From assembly GCF_009914755.1 (NCBI RefSeq), contig NC_060932.1: a stretch of 64,000 nucleotides of DNA; one strand, written 5' to 3'. Positions 28,170 through 42,524 of this stretch are shown piece after piece; within the stretch, counting starts at the first letter, position 1; every line of letters begins with the position of its first letter. The notes beneath the pieces were generated by a model. That model was not told where the DNA came from, ran no database searches, and worked only from the letters and a program-made list of their open reading frames with translations. The translations under genes and the position numbers were made by a program. The DNA is from the human T2T-CHM13v2.0 reference genome, Homo sapiens.

Positions 28170-29105
28170 TCACCTACATGAGAATTTGAAATGTCCACAT
28201 AATCCATGTTCTCATGACACACTGGGAGACTGGTTTTCTTGGTCTGTTCACCAACTCGGTGATCAGCTTATGTGATAATGGCTTCTCATCCTGGCCTCCA
28301 AGTGTTGGAGGCATTAGGATTCTGCAGTAGGATGCTTAGTTTCCTGCTACTGCTTCCTCTTCTGACCATCCTTACTAACCTTAGCACTTCTTACTTCTTA
28401 GCCCCAAAAGAATAGTGAGAGGTTGAGTACTGTGGCCCTTAAGGGATTGGGGACAGTTTGATGTACCTCAGATCATCCTGTTCCTAATTTCCCTAGGAGC
28501 TCTCCATATTCGTGCCTACCTTGGATCTGGTGCTGCCCCACTCTTGGAAAGCCACACCTGTGTCAGTGTTCATTTTGCCTCATAGACCTGTTCTTTCTCT
28601 CCAGTATCATGGTCAAATCCTGCTAGGTCATTACAAGATGGACACTATCAGGTTCTGGGAGTCAGGGAATACATGAGCTAACATTTACTAGCTTTTGCTG
28701 TTTCTACTCCATGTCACCTATATTTACTAATCAGGCCAGGTCATCACATTATACCATGTAAATCACAGAAATGAAAGCATAGCTATTTGTAATGTTCTTA
28801 CCTTTTGCTAAAGCTTGTTGGCCAGCAACCCTATGTCACTGTGTCACATTTATAAAAGCTGCATTCAAGGCACCTCCTTAGCAAAACTGCTGTGTGTTAA
28901 CACCTTTGTGTTGCTACCTACTGTGGCAGTCTGGGCAGCTAAAGGAAGATGCTTCTGTATCTAGCCTAAAGCCTACTCCTTAGAGTTTCAGTCCTCCTCA
29001 CCATCCCCAAATCCATTGTGATGCATAGACTGTGAGTAAGACACTGAGCTAGGCACTGAGGACAGAGTCTTCGGAAGTACCTAAAATGGAAGAAAGTGCA
29101 AATAT

Positions 29106-29333
29106 ACATTGTGTGTTCCTTACCTAAAATGTTTGTGACCAGAAGTATTTTGGATTTCTTTGCACTTTGGAATTTTGGCAAAACACATAACAATTGAGCA
29201 TCATAACATAAAAATCCAAGATCTGAAATACTCCAGTGACCATTTTCTTTGAGCATCATGTTGGCACTGAACAAGTTTCAGATTTGGGAGCATTTTGGAC
29301 TTTTGGGTTTTTCGATTAGGGATGCTCAACCCA
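29106..29333. mobile_element. Tigger4a (MER46A) MITE
   Basis: GACCAGAAGTATTTTGGATTT..TTTGAGCATCATGTTGGCACT..GATTAGGGATGCTCAACC, TA-flanked. Confidence 0.85.
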
Positions 29334-30067
29334 TACCTCAATGCCATTCTTTCGCTCACAATAAGAAAATTCTGCTGCTAATATAGAGAATGACCAAAAG
29401 GGTCATCGTCATTGTCTTCTTCAACTGAATAATTAGATCAAGCTAAATTCAGATAGTCACTCCTGGAGGAGCAAAATCTGCTGTCTCCTGGACTGCATTC
29501 CCTCTGTCCATCTTCCCCTCTGTTCCCTCCACTGACATTCTCTCCATTCCCCCCACCAAGTCATATCTCATGCCAGCTCTCTGGTTTGCTGTGTGAGATG
29601 ACAGTGTGGGTGTTGATGCGTATTGCCTGCACTTGTTCTCCCAGCCTGAGGTCCCGCAGATGGTATTCCCTTCTCTAGCAGCTACTCCCTAACAGCCTGA
29701 GACAGCCTGTTATAGGACATGAAGTTGCTAGAGCCTCTCTTATATTGAAAACAAAGACAACCCTTCTGATAAATGGTAACTGTTGGTAGATCTATTAGGA
29801 AAGATAACAGTATGTGGAGATGGGCTGGAAGAGGAGTTTGCCCAGCATGGTTAGAAATTTCAGAAGGAAGAAGCCTCTTAATGGTTTGTCAAGAGGCCAA
29901 GAAAGCCATTGAAGGGTTGAGTCACATATGTGAGATACAATGTACCATCCTGACACCCAGCAGCAGGGTTTGAGAAGGAATAGAAGGAATAGATACTAGT
30001 TATAAAGAAAGCTGGGTTTTGTGGTGCTTGGACTTAGAAGGTTTGGGTTCAAATGCTGTCTATACTT

Positions 30068-30551
<484 letters not shown>

Positions 30552-32594
30552 TACTAAGAATGGCTAAAGTGACTTTTTAAGTTAGACGCTATACTTCAAT
30601 ATTCTATTCTTAACTAAAAAATGAGTTTTAGAGCTACCTCACTATTAGTGCACATATTTAAAAAATATATTTGGATGTATTTATGAAACATAAAGCTTTT
30701 TAGAAACAATATGTGAGCAAAGAGCTGTTAAAGCCAAGAATTCAGAGACTTCCTGCAAGCAATCTCATTTTTCATACCAGCAGCATTCCATGCCCAAATA
30801 GTGGTAGCTGCATGCACCCAGATAATGGGGAAAGGAGGAGCAACGAGAAACTCAAGGTTGGGTGTATGGGGAGGCTAGTGGTGGTGTGTATGATAGAAAT
30901 CAGGTGGTGTGTAATAAGATCATATTGGCTCCCAAAGAAAATGAACCTTGTATCCTAATTAACATGTTGCATTTTTCTGAAATTCCATAGACTGAATAGA
31001 TAACATCATAGAGTTACTTCTGGATTTAAGCTGAGCCTATGATGCCCATATTACCTTGTGCCAGATTTTGACCAAATGGCTTTAAATTGTATAGCAATGT
31101 GACCTGGCAATAGCAATATAGATTTAATAATAATTGGAAATGATTAATTTGCATATTCACATTTCCAATGGTAAATGTGAAAGAAGTATAAGAAAAAATT
31201 CTCTCCACCTTTTTGTTTCTATTTCTGTCAGAATTAGTCTTCATTTGGTAATGACGGTTCCCCTAACGTTAAACTGTTTCTCGGAGTTGACATTCTCTAT
31301 TCACAACTTTTTTTTACGGGCTCTGAAATCATATTATCACAGTTGTTTCATTTTCTAATTTTCATCTTCATTTCTAGTTACAACTCTGACCAGCTTTTAG
31401 CACTTCTTTCTTGTAGGAAAATATTATTACATGTAACAATTTCCTTTTAGTGTGCTGCACTGCAGTATGTAAAAATAATATCTATGTGAATATAAATATA
31501 ATTCACTGAATTTAGAATCCTGACATATGTAACTCAAAGATTTAGCTGTATTCTAGGTTTGCAGACTTAAATGGACTAAAGGGAAGGAAAATGCAAAAAT
31601 TAAATATTTCTGAGTATGCTAAATTTGTTAATGTAGCATTAAGTTAATTATGGACTACAAATAACTAAATGTGTTTAATGAGATTCTTTGATTTTTCCTT
31701 CTATTTTATCATATTTCAGGCTTGATAGTAAAATAGTGCCTCAAACGGGATAGACTAGCGATAACAAACTTTGATCCTTCCAATTATAATTACTTTTTAA
31801 AAAGGCCTTTAAAAATAACTGAATTATCTTTAATAACATATGTTGAATGCCAAACCAAAAGATGACAATACTTGGTAAACTGTTAACTGTTTTCACTATT
31901 TGCATCCTGAGGTATTGACAAATTGCACATATTTTTAGAAATCATAAGTGATGTTACTTTGCAAGGAGCCTTTTTCCTGCAAGTTATTTTTTTATGAAAA
32001 TGAACTTTTCTATGACTCACCGTGTTTCTCAGTGATAGCAAATACTGCCACTTTTTTCAGCATGATTAAACTTAGCTACCTTAATTTTCCAAGATGGTAC
32101 TTTAATCTCAGTCATATTGGGCTGGTCCTGAAAAATTGTTGTAGGGTTATTTGGTCTAAAGAAGTTCAAAGAGTGAAAGACAGTACCAGCTTCAGCTTCA
32201 AAAAGTATATTTCCCAGAGAGAATCTCGGACTGAGTGAAGTGTGGGAAGGCCAGGGAGGGAAAATAAACAGGAAGTTCTCCCTTTCCTTTTAAGGGCTTC
32301 CCTGGGGCTCTGATACAATTTTAGGACTTGAAGTGATGCTCTGGATTTAGGAAGCTGAAGTCTAAAGAATGCTAGTGTCTTGTTCAAGATCCTATAACTA
32401 GTTGGTGACAGTTAAGATTATAATCTCCTAGTTTAGCAGTTTTGTTTTCCAGTTTTATGTTCATTACACCACAAATTTGCACATACAGAAGAATTACATA
32501 ATGTGTGTATGATGCACGTATAGATGGTATATATGGTGCATGTATATATGTGTATACATGCATATATATGTATACATATATGAACTATCATGTA

Positions 32595-32941
32595 CAGACA
32601 TGCCCTGCATAACGACATTTTAGTTAACAATGGACTGCATATATGACCATGGTCCTGCAAGATTGTAATACTGTATTTTTACTGTACCTTTTCTATATTT
32701 ACATATGTTTATATACACAAATACTTACCATTGTGTTATGGCTGCTTAAGGTATTCAGTACAGGAACATGCTATACAGGTTTGTAACCTAGTGCAATAGG
32801 CTATACCATGCAGCCTAGGTGTGAAGTAGACAACAATATCTAAGTTTGTGTAAGTGTACTCTATGATGTTTGCACAATGTTGAACTTGCCTAACGATGCA
32901 TTTCTCAGAACATATCCCTGTTGTTAAGTGACACATGACTG
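32595..32941. mobile_element. Tigger3a (MER7A) MITE
   Basis: TIRs CAGACATGCCCTGCATAACGAC / GTTGTTAAGTGACACATGACTG with TA target duplication. Confidence 0.9.
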
Positions 32942-33120
32942 TATATACATATTAGTATAAGTAAAAAAAAAACACTTGATAGTAATATTTTTGAGGATTA
33001 ACTATTTTTGATTTTCTGGTCATATATTTTGCAAAAGCAGACAGACAGACACCACTACACTGGATCTGATCACTTTCTCAGAGGAGTCCCGGAAGTTGCA
33101 CTACAGAAATACAGGTTTTC

Positions 33121-33638
33121 ATTTGTATGTATGTATGTATGTATGTATGTATGTATGTATGTATTCCTTTTAAGTTCAGGGTAGAAGTTCAGGTTTGTTA
33201 CATAGGTAAACTTGTGTCATGGGGGTTTGTTGTACAGATTATTTCATCACCCAGGTCTTAACCCTAGTACCCATTAGTTATTTTTTCTGATCCTCTCCCA
33301 CCTCCCACCCTCCACCCTCTGAAAGGCTCCAGTGTGTGTTGGTCCCCTCTATGTGTCTATATATTCTCATCCTTTAGCTCCTGCTTATAATTGAGAACAT
33401 GCAGTATTTGGTTTTCTGTTTCTGTGTTAGTTTGCTAAGGATAATGGCCTCCAACTCCATCCATTTCCCTGCAATGACATGATCTCTTTCTTTTTTATGG
33501 CTGCATAGTATTCCATGGTATATATGTACCACATTTTCTTTATCCAGTCTATCCACATTTTCTTCATCCAGAGCATTTAGGTTGATTTCATGTCTTTGCT
33601 ATTGTTAGTAGTGCTGCAATGAACATACACATGCATGT
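33121..33638 (-). mobile_element. 5'-truncated L1PA (about PA13-16) with a (TATG)n tail
   Basis: GGTAAACTTGTGTCATGGGGGTTTGTTGTACAGATTATTTCATCACCCAG; ORF-track peptide WMELEAIILSKLTQKQKTKYCMFS typical of L1 3' ends. Confidence 0.92.
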
Positions 33639-34424
33639 TTTAAAATGAAAGACTAAACTGCAATTATTCCTTAATCATTAGATCATTTAAAATTAGCTCT
33701 CTGTCAGAGGAATGTTTGTGGTCATTCATATCAATTTCAGATAGGCACTTTTATGAAAATATTAAGTTATTAGTATTTGAATAAATGCAATAAGATCTAT
33801 TTTAAACATGCTATGTGTAATGATTTGTTTTCAATGTTTACTTTTAGTTTACTCAGCAATTAAACATGAAGGAACTAGTTTATCATCTCCTTTTTTTATA
33901 ATTATGCTCCTGAAAGTTCTTTTCTTTCTTTTTTATTTATTTTTTTGGTTTAATATGATGATGTAGATATGACAATCTAGGAATAAACACCCAAATTTTA
34001 ACAATGATAGTCTTAACGCACATCAGGAAAAATGCAAAGAACAGAATGTAAAAAGTCCGTTGGAGGAACCTCCTTTCTGTGTGTACCATTTTGTCATATT
34101 ATGTTAAATGAAAATTACATGGTGAGCCATACTTGGACAATTGGCCCCTATGAAACTGTTTTCTGCTGACGTTTCGCTGCTTGTTTATTTATATGGCTGT
34201 CAGAGCGTGACTAAAATGGGTTATTTTGTGTGTATGTGGGAACCGGAAGGGGTATTTCCTATATTAAAGAGTGTGGTTAATTGTTGAATGCCTTAATGCT
34301 ACCACAATTTAAAACCCACATTCACCCATAAAACTTAAATCCCACAGTGTAACCATATGTGGGTACATAGAGATTAAAAAGAAAAAAAAAACTACTACCA
34401 ATCACAAATGTCCATGGCCTTAAG

Positions 34425-35680
34425 TATTTTAATTTACAAACAGTAAAGCATATAGCTCTATGAATTTTGACAAATGCATAGAATTGTGTAATCACCATCA
34501 CATTCAAGATACAGAGTAATTATTTTATTTCTCCTAAATCTCCCTCGTGATTTGGAAAACACTCCATTCCTAGCTACTGGCAACCAACTTGAAAACTCCT
34601 ATAGTTTTGCATTTTCTAAAGTATCTTATAAATAAATCACACAGTATATATCCTTTTAAGTCTAGCTTCTTTCACTTAATGCTTATGTGTATCATCCTTG
34701 TTGTATGAGTCAATAATTTGCTTTTATTTCTCAGTTGTATTCCATTGTCTGGATGTATAACTGAAAAATATTTGAGTTGGTTCCAGTTTTGGGCAATTGT
34801 GAATAATGCTGCTTTAAAAATTCTCACATGGGTTTCTCTGTGGACATACGTCTTCATTTTTCTGGGGTAAATATCTAGGAGTGTGGTAAGTATATGTGAA
34901 CTTGTAACAAGAAATTTAGCAACTCTCTCCCAAAGAGGCTGTACCATATTTCATTCTGCATTTCCATCAGCAGTGGATGAGAGCTCCAGTGCCTCCACAG
35001 CCTTGGTGTTGTCAGCTTTTGCTTTTGTTGTTGTTTACAAAAAAAAACTTAATTTTTTGTAATAACTCATGAGGTTGAGGATTTTTAATATGCTTATTTG
35101 TCATCTACCTATTTTCTGTGGATATGTGTCTTTTTAAATCTTTTGCTCATTTTTAAATTGGGACTTTTGCTTTCTTTTTGAGGTTTGGGAGTTCTTTATA
35201 CATTCTGAGTATAAATTTTTTATTGAATATGTGATTCGGATACATTTTTTCCCAGTCTCTGGCTTGTCTTTTCATTCTCTTAGCCTTATGTTTTGCAGAG
35301 CAAAAGTTCTTAATTTTGGTTTACCAAGTTTTTCCCTATGATCATGCCTTGATGTCACATCTAAACCCATCATCACCAAACTTAATATGCAGATTTCCTC
35401 CTATTTTTAAAGAAATATTATAGATTTACATTTTATACTTAAGTCAGCAGTCCATTTTGAGTCAGTTTTGTATAAATTATGATTTAAGAATCTTAGCTCT
35501 TTTTTTTTTTTTAAACATAGCATACCTGGTTGTAAAGCAACATTTGTTGAAAAACTGTCCTTTCTCCATTGAATTTCCTTCGCATCACCCAGCCATGGCC
35601 TCCTCAAAATTGGGGAGAATTGACACTTGAACAGTAATGAATTTTCCAATCTACCACCATGGGAACTCTCCACTTTACGT
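34425..35680 (-). mobile_element. Old L1M (L1ME/MC) ORF2 C-terminus plus 3'UTR
   Basis: ORF-track peptides VQPLWE..LLDIYPRKMKTYVH..AALFTIAQNW and DAKEIQWRKDSF..DSKW..DL are L1 ORF2p remnants. Confidence 0.88.
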
Positions 35681-36299
35681 CTTGGATATATGTTTAATTG
35701 GAGATTATTCTCTAATTTGAGAAAATCTAGTAACTCACATGAGCAACTATTGTCTGGTACGTAGTAAGCATTCAATAAATACTTACTGGATAAAGTAGCA
35801 GCTTAACAAAGATACTACTAATTTTGCTTTTTCTCCCTATATACTGTCAGCTAGGGAAAACCTCAGAAGTAAAGGAATGTACACATTACCTTAAAAAAAA
35901 GAAAAAACAAGTCTCTATGGGATTTGCCGTAATGGTTACTGAGTTCAGTTGTCAAAATGAAGTTCTAGCAGTACCATGGAAGGGTTTGTTTCTTCTTTGA
36001 ATAGGGGAAACTAACAAGTGGCTTTGTAAGGCAGGATACAGTTTGTTTTTAAAAAGGTCCTCTCCCTCCTCCTTTCTCATTTAAGTTTGAGTGAGATTTT
36101 TGGATCTTATTAAGAGTCTTGGTATTGTGGAATAGAAAGAATGCAAAGAACATCTCTTTCAGTGATTATAAAATTTTATTTTTCATCAGAGCACCGTTTT
36201 TCAAAAGAAATCTTACCCAGAAACACAGTCAGAACAGATAAAAGCAGAGCTACTCAGGTTGAACTGAGCTCTGCAGAGATATTTGAAAGTCTCATATCA

Positions 36300-36415
36300 A
36301 TACTGCAGTGATGAGAAAACAGAGTCTCAAAGAGATTATGTAACTTGCCCAAGGTTGCACACGAAATTGATGTGGAAGCGTGGAGCCCCCATCTTCTGAT
36401 TCTTAGGACAAAGCT
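36300..36415 (-). mobile_element. MIR fragment
   Basis: GATGAGAAAACAGAG.CTCA.AGAG.TTA.GTAACTTGCCCAAGG. Confidence 0.75.
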
Positions 36416-37064
36416 CCAAATGACTGTCTTTTCACATTTTTTCTCAGGTTGTATTACATGTTTCTATGGGAACTGTGTTTTATATTTCCTTTGCACGCTA
36501 TCATGAGAAATGTGCCTGGACTTTTTCTTAGCTTAAATATTTGATTTGAGGTGTGGACACCTTGCAGTCCCTTCCCTGTAGGAAGAAGCTCTCATTAATG
36601 CTAAGCCTCCCCTGTTGATATTTTATTTATGTTATTCCTGCATCCAGATGGAAAGTATTGGTAGACCTGGGAGATAGAGATCACTGAAAACTAGATAACA
36701 GGATAGTTTGAGAGGGGCACCTAGTTAGTACAGGACAGTGCTATTCTAGCGACGACCCATGGCTCCATGAGCACCATGGAGGTGCTTCTGAACTTAAAAC
36801 TTTGTTTTTATCTTGGTGTAAAATGCTTCCTGATATCTCAGAGATGATGAAAAACCCTCCTGAGATTTGCAAATTGAGTTGTTTAAACCTGTTGCAAGTA
36901 TAATTCCTTAAACATGTACATTAAATGTGAATAAACAAGAAAACCCCAAACAGAAATTGGATGAGTCCTACCTAAGATGACAGTCACCATTCCTAATTTG
37001 AGAGTAGCAGCACTCTTTCCTAACCCTAAATATTTTTTATGGGGCAGAGATTTTATGAAAGCCA

Positions 37065-37468
37065 CTTACTCATGTGTGCTGAATGCCCAGAACAGTGCTC
37101 ACACATAGTAGACACTTACTAAATTTTTCATGAATTGAATGAAAGATGAAATAAAATAGTTCTCATTTAGATCTCAGCTTGAATATCACCTATTTAAAGA
37201 TGTCCACCCTGGCCATCTTACCTGTAAACCACAACCTCATCATTCTTAATTCCTTTAACTAACTTTATTTTATTTAAATCTTATAAATAGCACTGACATT
37301 GCATTATATGTATATTTATTCATTTTCTCTCTTACCCCCTAGAATAGAATCTCCAGGAGAGCAAGGACTGTTTAATTTTTTTTATCAATGTTTATCGGAA
37401 GTACCCAGAATGGTCCTTGCCATATTATATTTTTAAAAGTGTTCAATATGTGTTCCTTGAATGAGTAA
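37065..37468 (+). mobile_element. L2 3'-end fragments (two termini)
   Basis: CCCAGAACAGTGC..CACATAGTAGACACT..TGAATTGAATGAA; TCTCAGCTTGAATATCACCT; CTAGAATAGAATCTCCA. Confidence 0.7.
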
Positions 37469-38064
37469 AATGCTTCATATCTGATTGGCTCTATTCTACT
37501 CAAAATGAAAGACAAGATCTATGTCACCTCATGTCCTCGCCTGTCCCCGTGATACAGGGAAATCATTAAAGAGAGAGGAGTAGGTATTTCAAAATGAACA
37601 CAACATCTTTAACTGAAGAAAGTGTATGTGCTGTTGTTTACCTGACTTTTTAAAAATCACTCTGTTACTTTATTGGTGTGTAAACTGCCTCTGGTCAGTG
37701 TCTGGTGGTCTGCTTTACATCATCTTCAGTAGAATTGCTTCCAGTACATGTTGAATGCAGGATTGGCTGTTAGGTTCCCTGAGCTCCTGCCTTTTATTCT
37801 AATTTTAGAACCCTCCATTGGGCACCAGTTAGGATTATACTTAAATTGTCCTCACTGACAGTAATGGGGAGAAAATGTTCTTCTTAGATTGGTGGTATTG
37901 GCTCTTCTGATCTGATCTTATGCTAAAAATGTAAGCACTATTGCATTGAGCAGAAACAAATGATTTGACAGAGACTTCAGAGGTGTTCCCTTGGGCTAAG
38001 GATGCTCACTGTTTCTGTTGCCTGGGCCCCTTGCTTTTTGTATGTTATGACAAAAAAAAAAAAG

Positions 38065-38255
38065 CACTGAACCACAATCAGAAAGATCTGACTTCTATTC
38101 CTAAATACCACAGGTTCTTTATGACCTCAAGCAGAATTCTTAACCTCTCCCTCCCATGGTGTTATTATCTTTAATATGATAAAAGTGTCATCTTCCCTTT
38201 AGAAATGGAAATCTTAAAAAGATGAATCAACACATGTAAATAAAGCACTATGAGG
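38065..38255 (+). mobile_element. MIR
   Basis: TGACCTCAAGCAG..CTTAACCTCTC..; TAAAGCACT. Confidence 0.55.
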
Positions 38256-38838
38256 CCTTTAGGAAGGAAGTTCTTACCATGAGATAAGACACCAGTAGGT
38301 TGGCCATTCTGCTATGTTCTGATGAGACTTTTCTACTGAGTAGACTGCTTGTTATCAGGTGTGGGAGATGGCTCCAGTGCTCTCCTATTTATTGTGCATA
38401 AGAGTTAGATGTTCGTTCCAACTCCCAGGACTAGTAATCTAGAAACTGAAAGGAGCTCTGATTCCATGGAGGGGTGCAGGAAATTCTTTGGAGAGGAAGT
38501 CAGGTATGCATGTAGGTCTACAGAGGGAGTGCTTCATAACACACGTGTGGGTCTCACTGGATTCTTTTTGAACATATGAAATGTCCTGGTTCTATTGAAT
38601 TTCACTGTCAATTCAGTTTCTTGTTTACGCTGACAGGCTGCAAATGCGCTATGTAGTGGATTAATGCTAGGAGCTGCATGCAAAGTTTGCCAGTAACTGG
38701 TTTGTTTACTTCAAGGGGCAACCATGAATTTCACTGTCTAGTCAATGCAAAACGAATCTACATTAGCTATGTTCCATGCTCCTGCATCTTAGATTTCTGA
38801 AGGCACCCCTCTCAGAATTCCTAATCAGGTGGGGGCGG

Positions 38839-38841
<3 letters not shown>

Positions 38842-38887
<46 letters not shown>

Positions 38888-38907
38888 GTGTGTGTGTGTG
38901 TGTGTGT
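38842..38907 (+). repeat. (TG)n microsatellite, about 22 + 10 units with a one-base interruption
   Basis: Directly visible. Confidence 0.98.
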
Positions 38908-39504
38908 TTTCTCTCTTCTTCACTGTTTTGGGCAAATTGGAGATGGACATCTGGAGATTAGGGTTTTTACAGACTTTGAAAAAAAAAAGTTATTCAGCTG
39001 TTTAACTCCCCTCTTAAACTCATTAAGAATATAGCCAGAAGCCTGAAGCCACCATGGGCTTTTTTTTTTTTTTAACTGCGGCATTCTGCATGTAAAAATA
39101 GCAGCTGTTGGTGTGCTGCTGACAGGCATTTATTAAAGGGGATGATGATGATGATGATTGCCCTTTGACTTTCTGCTACTATCTAAGTCACATGACAACA
39201 TTTAGAAGTAGTCAATTTGATCTTGATGAAAGGATCTCTCTACCCAGGGAACTTGTCATAGAGTACAAAGCCCTGACTACTCACTCCAAATTCCTTGTGA
39301 TCCATTTAACTTAATGATTATGATCTTCATAAATGCCATGTACAAGTACTGAGACTGGCTTAAGAAATCACAGAAAGTGGATGAAAAAGGAGCTACCATA
39401 ATCAATCTCTTAAGTGGGTAGCAGAAAGGGTTGTTAGTTTTTCTAGTAGGATAAGTCTTTAAGTTTTCTGTCCTATAGAATATTATAGAGTATGGATGCT
39501 ACAT

Positions 39505-39702
39505 CAGTGGGTCTTAGTGCTGGTCATATATTACAACCATCTTGAGGGCTTTTAAAAAAGACTTGTTCTAGGGCCATTAAAGCTGACCTCAGATTCTTGA
39601 CTGGAATGGGACCCAAATCCTGATGTGTTTGTTTTTGTTTGTTTTTGTTTCTGAAGCTCTCTAGGTTGTTTGAAAGTGCTGCTAAGGTTGATAACCACCT
39701 GT
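39505..39702. mobile_element. MER5-family MITE
   Basis: CAGTGGGTCTTA..GCTTTAAAAA..AAGCTCTCTAGGTTG..GGTTGATAACCAC. Confidence 0.55.
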
Positions 39703-41654
39703 TTTAGTATTCATTAATTCTACTGTTTAATTTTTTTCTCTGGCTGTATATACTGGAGCCAAGATAGGAACAAATAACATCTAAAATAGACCCAAGAGCA
39801 TATGACCAAATTGTGATTACAAAGTTCCTCAAAGGCAGGAACAATGTATTTATTTCTCCTTTGTGTGCTCTTGAATACTTATGCTGTACCTTAGTGCAGG
39901 ATTTTAGTTGTCCTAAAGTTTCAAAATTATGGTGATTACTTTGCCATGTAGTTATAACACATTATCTTACCTCCATCCATCCTCAGACTGTAGCTTCCTT
40001 CTTCTACCTTTGCTATACTTTTCTTACAGCTGCTCTTGCCTTATTTAAAAAAATAGTCTACCTGTTGTTAGTCCAATATAGGTGTTCTAACTTTTTATTT
40101 ACTAACCTAAAACTCTAGAATTAAACCCCAAAATTAGGATCTATATAATGATCCTTTCTTTTATTAAAAGGGATTTTTTTCAAAACTAAAAAATTACACA
40201 GGCCATAAGTTTAGAGGAATTTGAGGAAAATTTCTGAGGAAGTTAAGCTTCTTGAAAAATAATTCATTGTCTTATTTGTCACATTTACCACAGGCTGTGA
40301 AAAGTCTGACCTGGGCTGAGGTTTTAGAATTTACCTTTGAAGAAATTCTCTCATCAGTCACACTGGTTGTCTTATTCATTCCTAGCTTTCCTTCAACTCT
40401 TGGAGGGTCAGTTTTCCAAATCATAATAAACTTAATTTCTTTTTCAGTCCCAGTAGTGAACTTGGAATTATGCACTAGGCCCTGAACAAGAAGACTCATT
40501 ATTTTTCTCTATTTTTTGTCATTTAGTAAGAAATATTTTCCAATGACTGTCACAATGCTTAGTGGAACTCAACTAGGAGTGTGCCAAATTATCCAGGGAA
40601 CCTTAAGGTACCTGTGGGTAGACCTCACCTTAGGTCTAAATCAGAATTTTGTTCAAAGAAAGGCAGGTTGGGTGCCTACATAACTATATAAAAACAAAAT
40701 CATGTAGGAATTCTGCAGAGAGTATTTTGTCTCTCCCAACATTATTACAGAAGTTATGATAGATTTTTCTTCTAGTGTTTTATAGTTTGTTTCTAAGTCT
40801 GTAATTGATCAAGACATAATTGTGTGTTGATGGACTGACAAACCTCAGGATTTGGCTTTATTGTTGTCTGGATACTCAAGTCACCCCACATGAATGGGTG
40901 ATTCTGATGTGAAGTTAGCATTCAAAATTAAATTTCCAGACCCCCTTTGACAATGCAATCCACCTGTTGTTTATTTTCACTTCTTTTATGGATTGAATAA
41001 GCAATAAATGTATGTCATATATTATTTAAAATCTATTCAGAGTTAAACAGGGAAGATAAATTCTCCATCTCACTTTGTAAACAAATGGCCATTTGGTTTT
41101 ACCCTATCTCCTACAACAACCACTCTTTGGTTTCTTGAATCGTCTCCCCCTGATTCCCTTTCATCAAGGTAGCTCTATACTTCTCTTACACATTGACCAT
41201 GGGATGCAGGAAGTACCCTGTGACTTGCTAATGAGGAATTGTCCAGGCAGCTACTTTGAATTTCTAGTCACCAGCTGTTCCCACTACTTTCCTGACTTTT
41301 GTGTTCATTTTTAGTTATACCACTTTGAACACTAAGTATTTCCAAATATATAGCAGTTATGAAGACCATGACTTTTCCCCTCTCTGCTCCCTATTCTCCT
41401 ACTCTCAATCATGTATACTACATAAAATTTGTAATTATTTTATGGACCAGAAAAGTAAACTACAGTAGAGTAGGAAGATAACTGAGCTTGTATCTGAAAG
41501 ACCTGAGTTTGATTTGTGCTGGACATTTACCTTGCAAACTGTAAAGTGCTGAGCAAAGTGAAGTTTTGTTATTGCTGCTGTTGCTGTTAGTATTAACACT
41601 TACGTGATGCAACATTCCAAGGTACCAAGAAGGGTCATAATTTGATTCTTGGAA

Positions 41655-41798
41655 CACAAGGGATAACTGTTTGAGGTGATGGACACCCCATTTACCCTGA
41701 TGTGATTATTATGCATTGTATGCCTGTATCAAAATATCTCATGTAGTCCATAAGTCTATACATCTATATACCCACAGAAATTAAAAATTAAAAAAAAA
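41655..41798 (+). mobile_element. L1MA 3'-end stub
   Basis: GAGGTGATGGACACCCCATTTACCCTGATGTGATTATTATGCATTGTATGCCTGTATCAAAATATCTCATGTA, A-tail. Confidence 0.9.
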
Positions 41799-42524
41799 GG
41801 TGAAGCATAACCATAGGGAGACTGACTTGGTGTAGGGATGGCACCTGCTGGCTACATTTTTTGATTGATTGTTAACTAGAAAAGGAGAACCGGATTTCAG
41901 GAATACAAAGGAATTGTAAAAAACACTCTAAAGAGAAGTACAGAGCCCAGCAAAAGAAAGAAAAGTTCACGTTGTAATGCACTGATTTTTTTTCTTTATA
42001 CTTAAAAAATGACTAATTGAGAACACATTTAAATCTGGCATTTGGTTTAATTAGTATTTCATAAACAAGTTGATCTTTAAATGCCTGGACAATGTAAATA
42101 TCAAAAAATGGTTAGTCACTTACAAGAGATAAATTTGAGAATGGCCCTAAAAATATCTAATTGGTTAAATGTGTAAGAAAATACAGGTGGCCTTCCTGTT
42201 TTTCACTTTTGTTGTGTTTTAACAAGTGTTTGACTTTGTGATATTTCTTTTCTTATAGTAAGAGTAGAATCAGGAGTAACTGTTGAGATTTTCCAACTGG
42301 AAGAGAAAAAAAAAATGTCCATGGCCTTGGTTTACTTATGATCATATTTCACATACAATTTTGCATCAGTTGCAGACAAACTTAATCTGAAAGGAAGCCA
42401 GTAAGTATATAACAATAATTTTATTTTTAGCACCCATGATTCAACAGCAAACTCAGTTGTCATTGAGATGATACTTGGCTATTTGAGGGTTCTTTATTTA
42501 TTGCAGAGAAAGAAGGGAATTCTG

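Noticed and set aside
33374-35775. L1-like peptides
   Set aside because: Fragmented, frameshifted remnants of truncated L1s, not functional CDS
38776-39034. CV-repeat ORFs
   Set aside because: Translation of (TG)n
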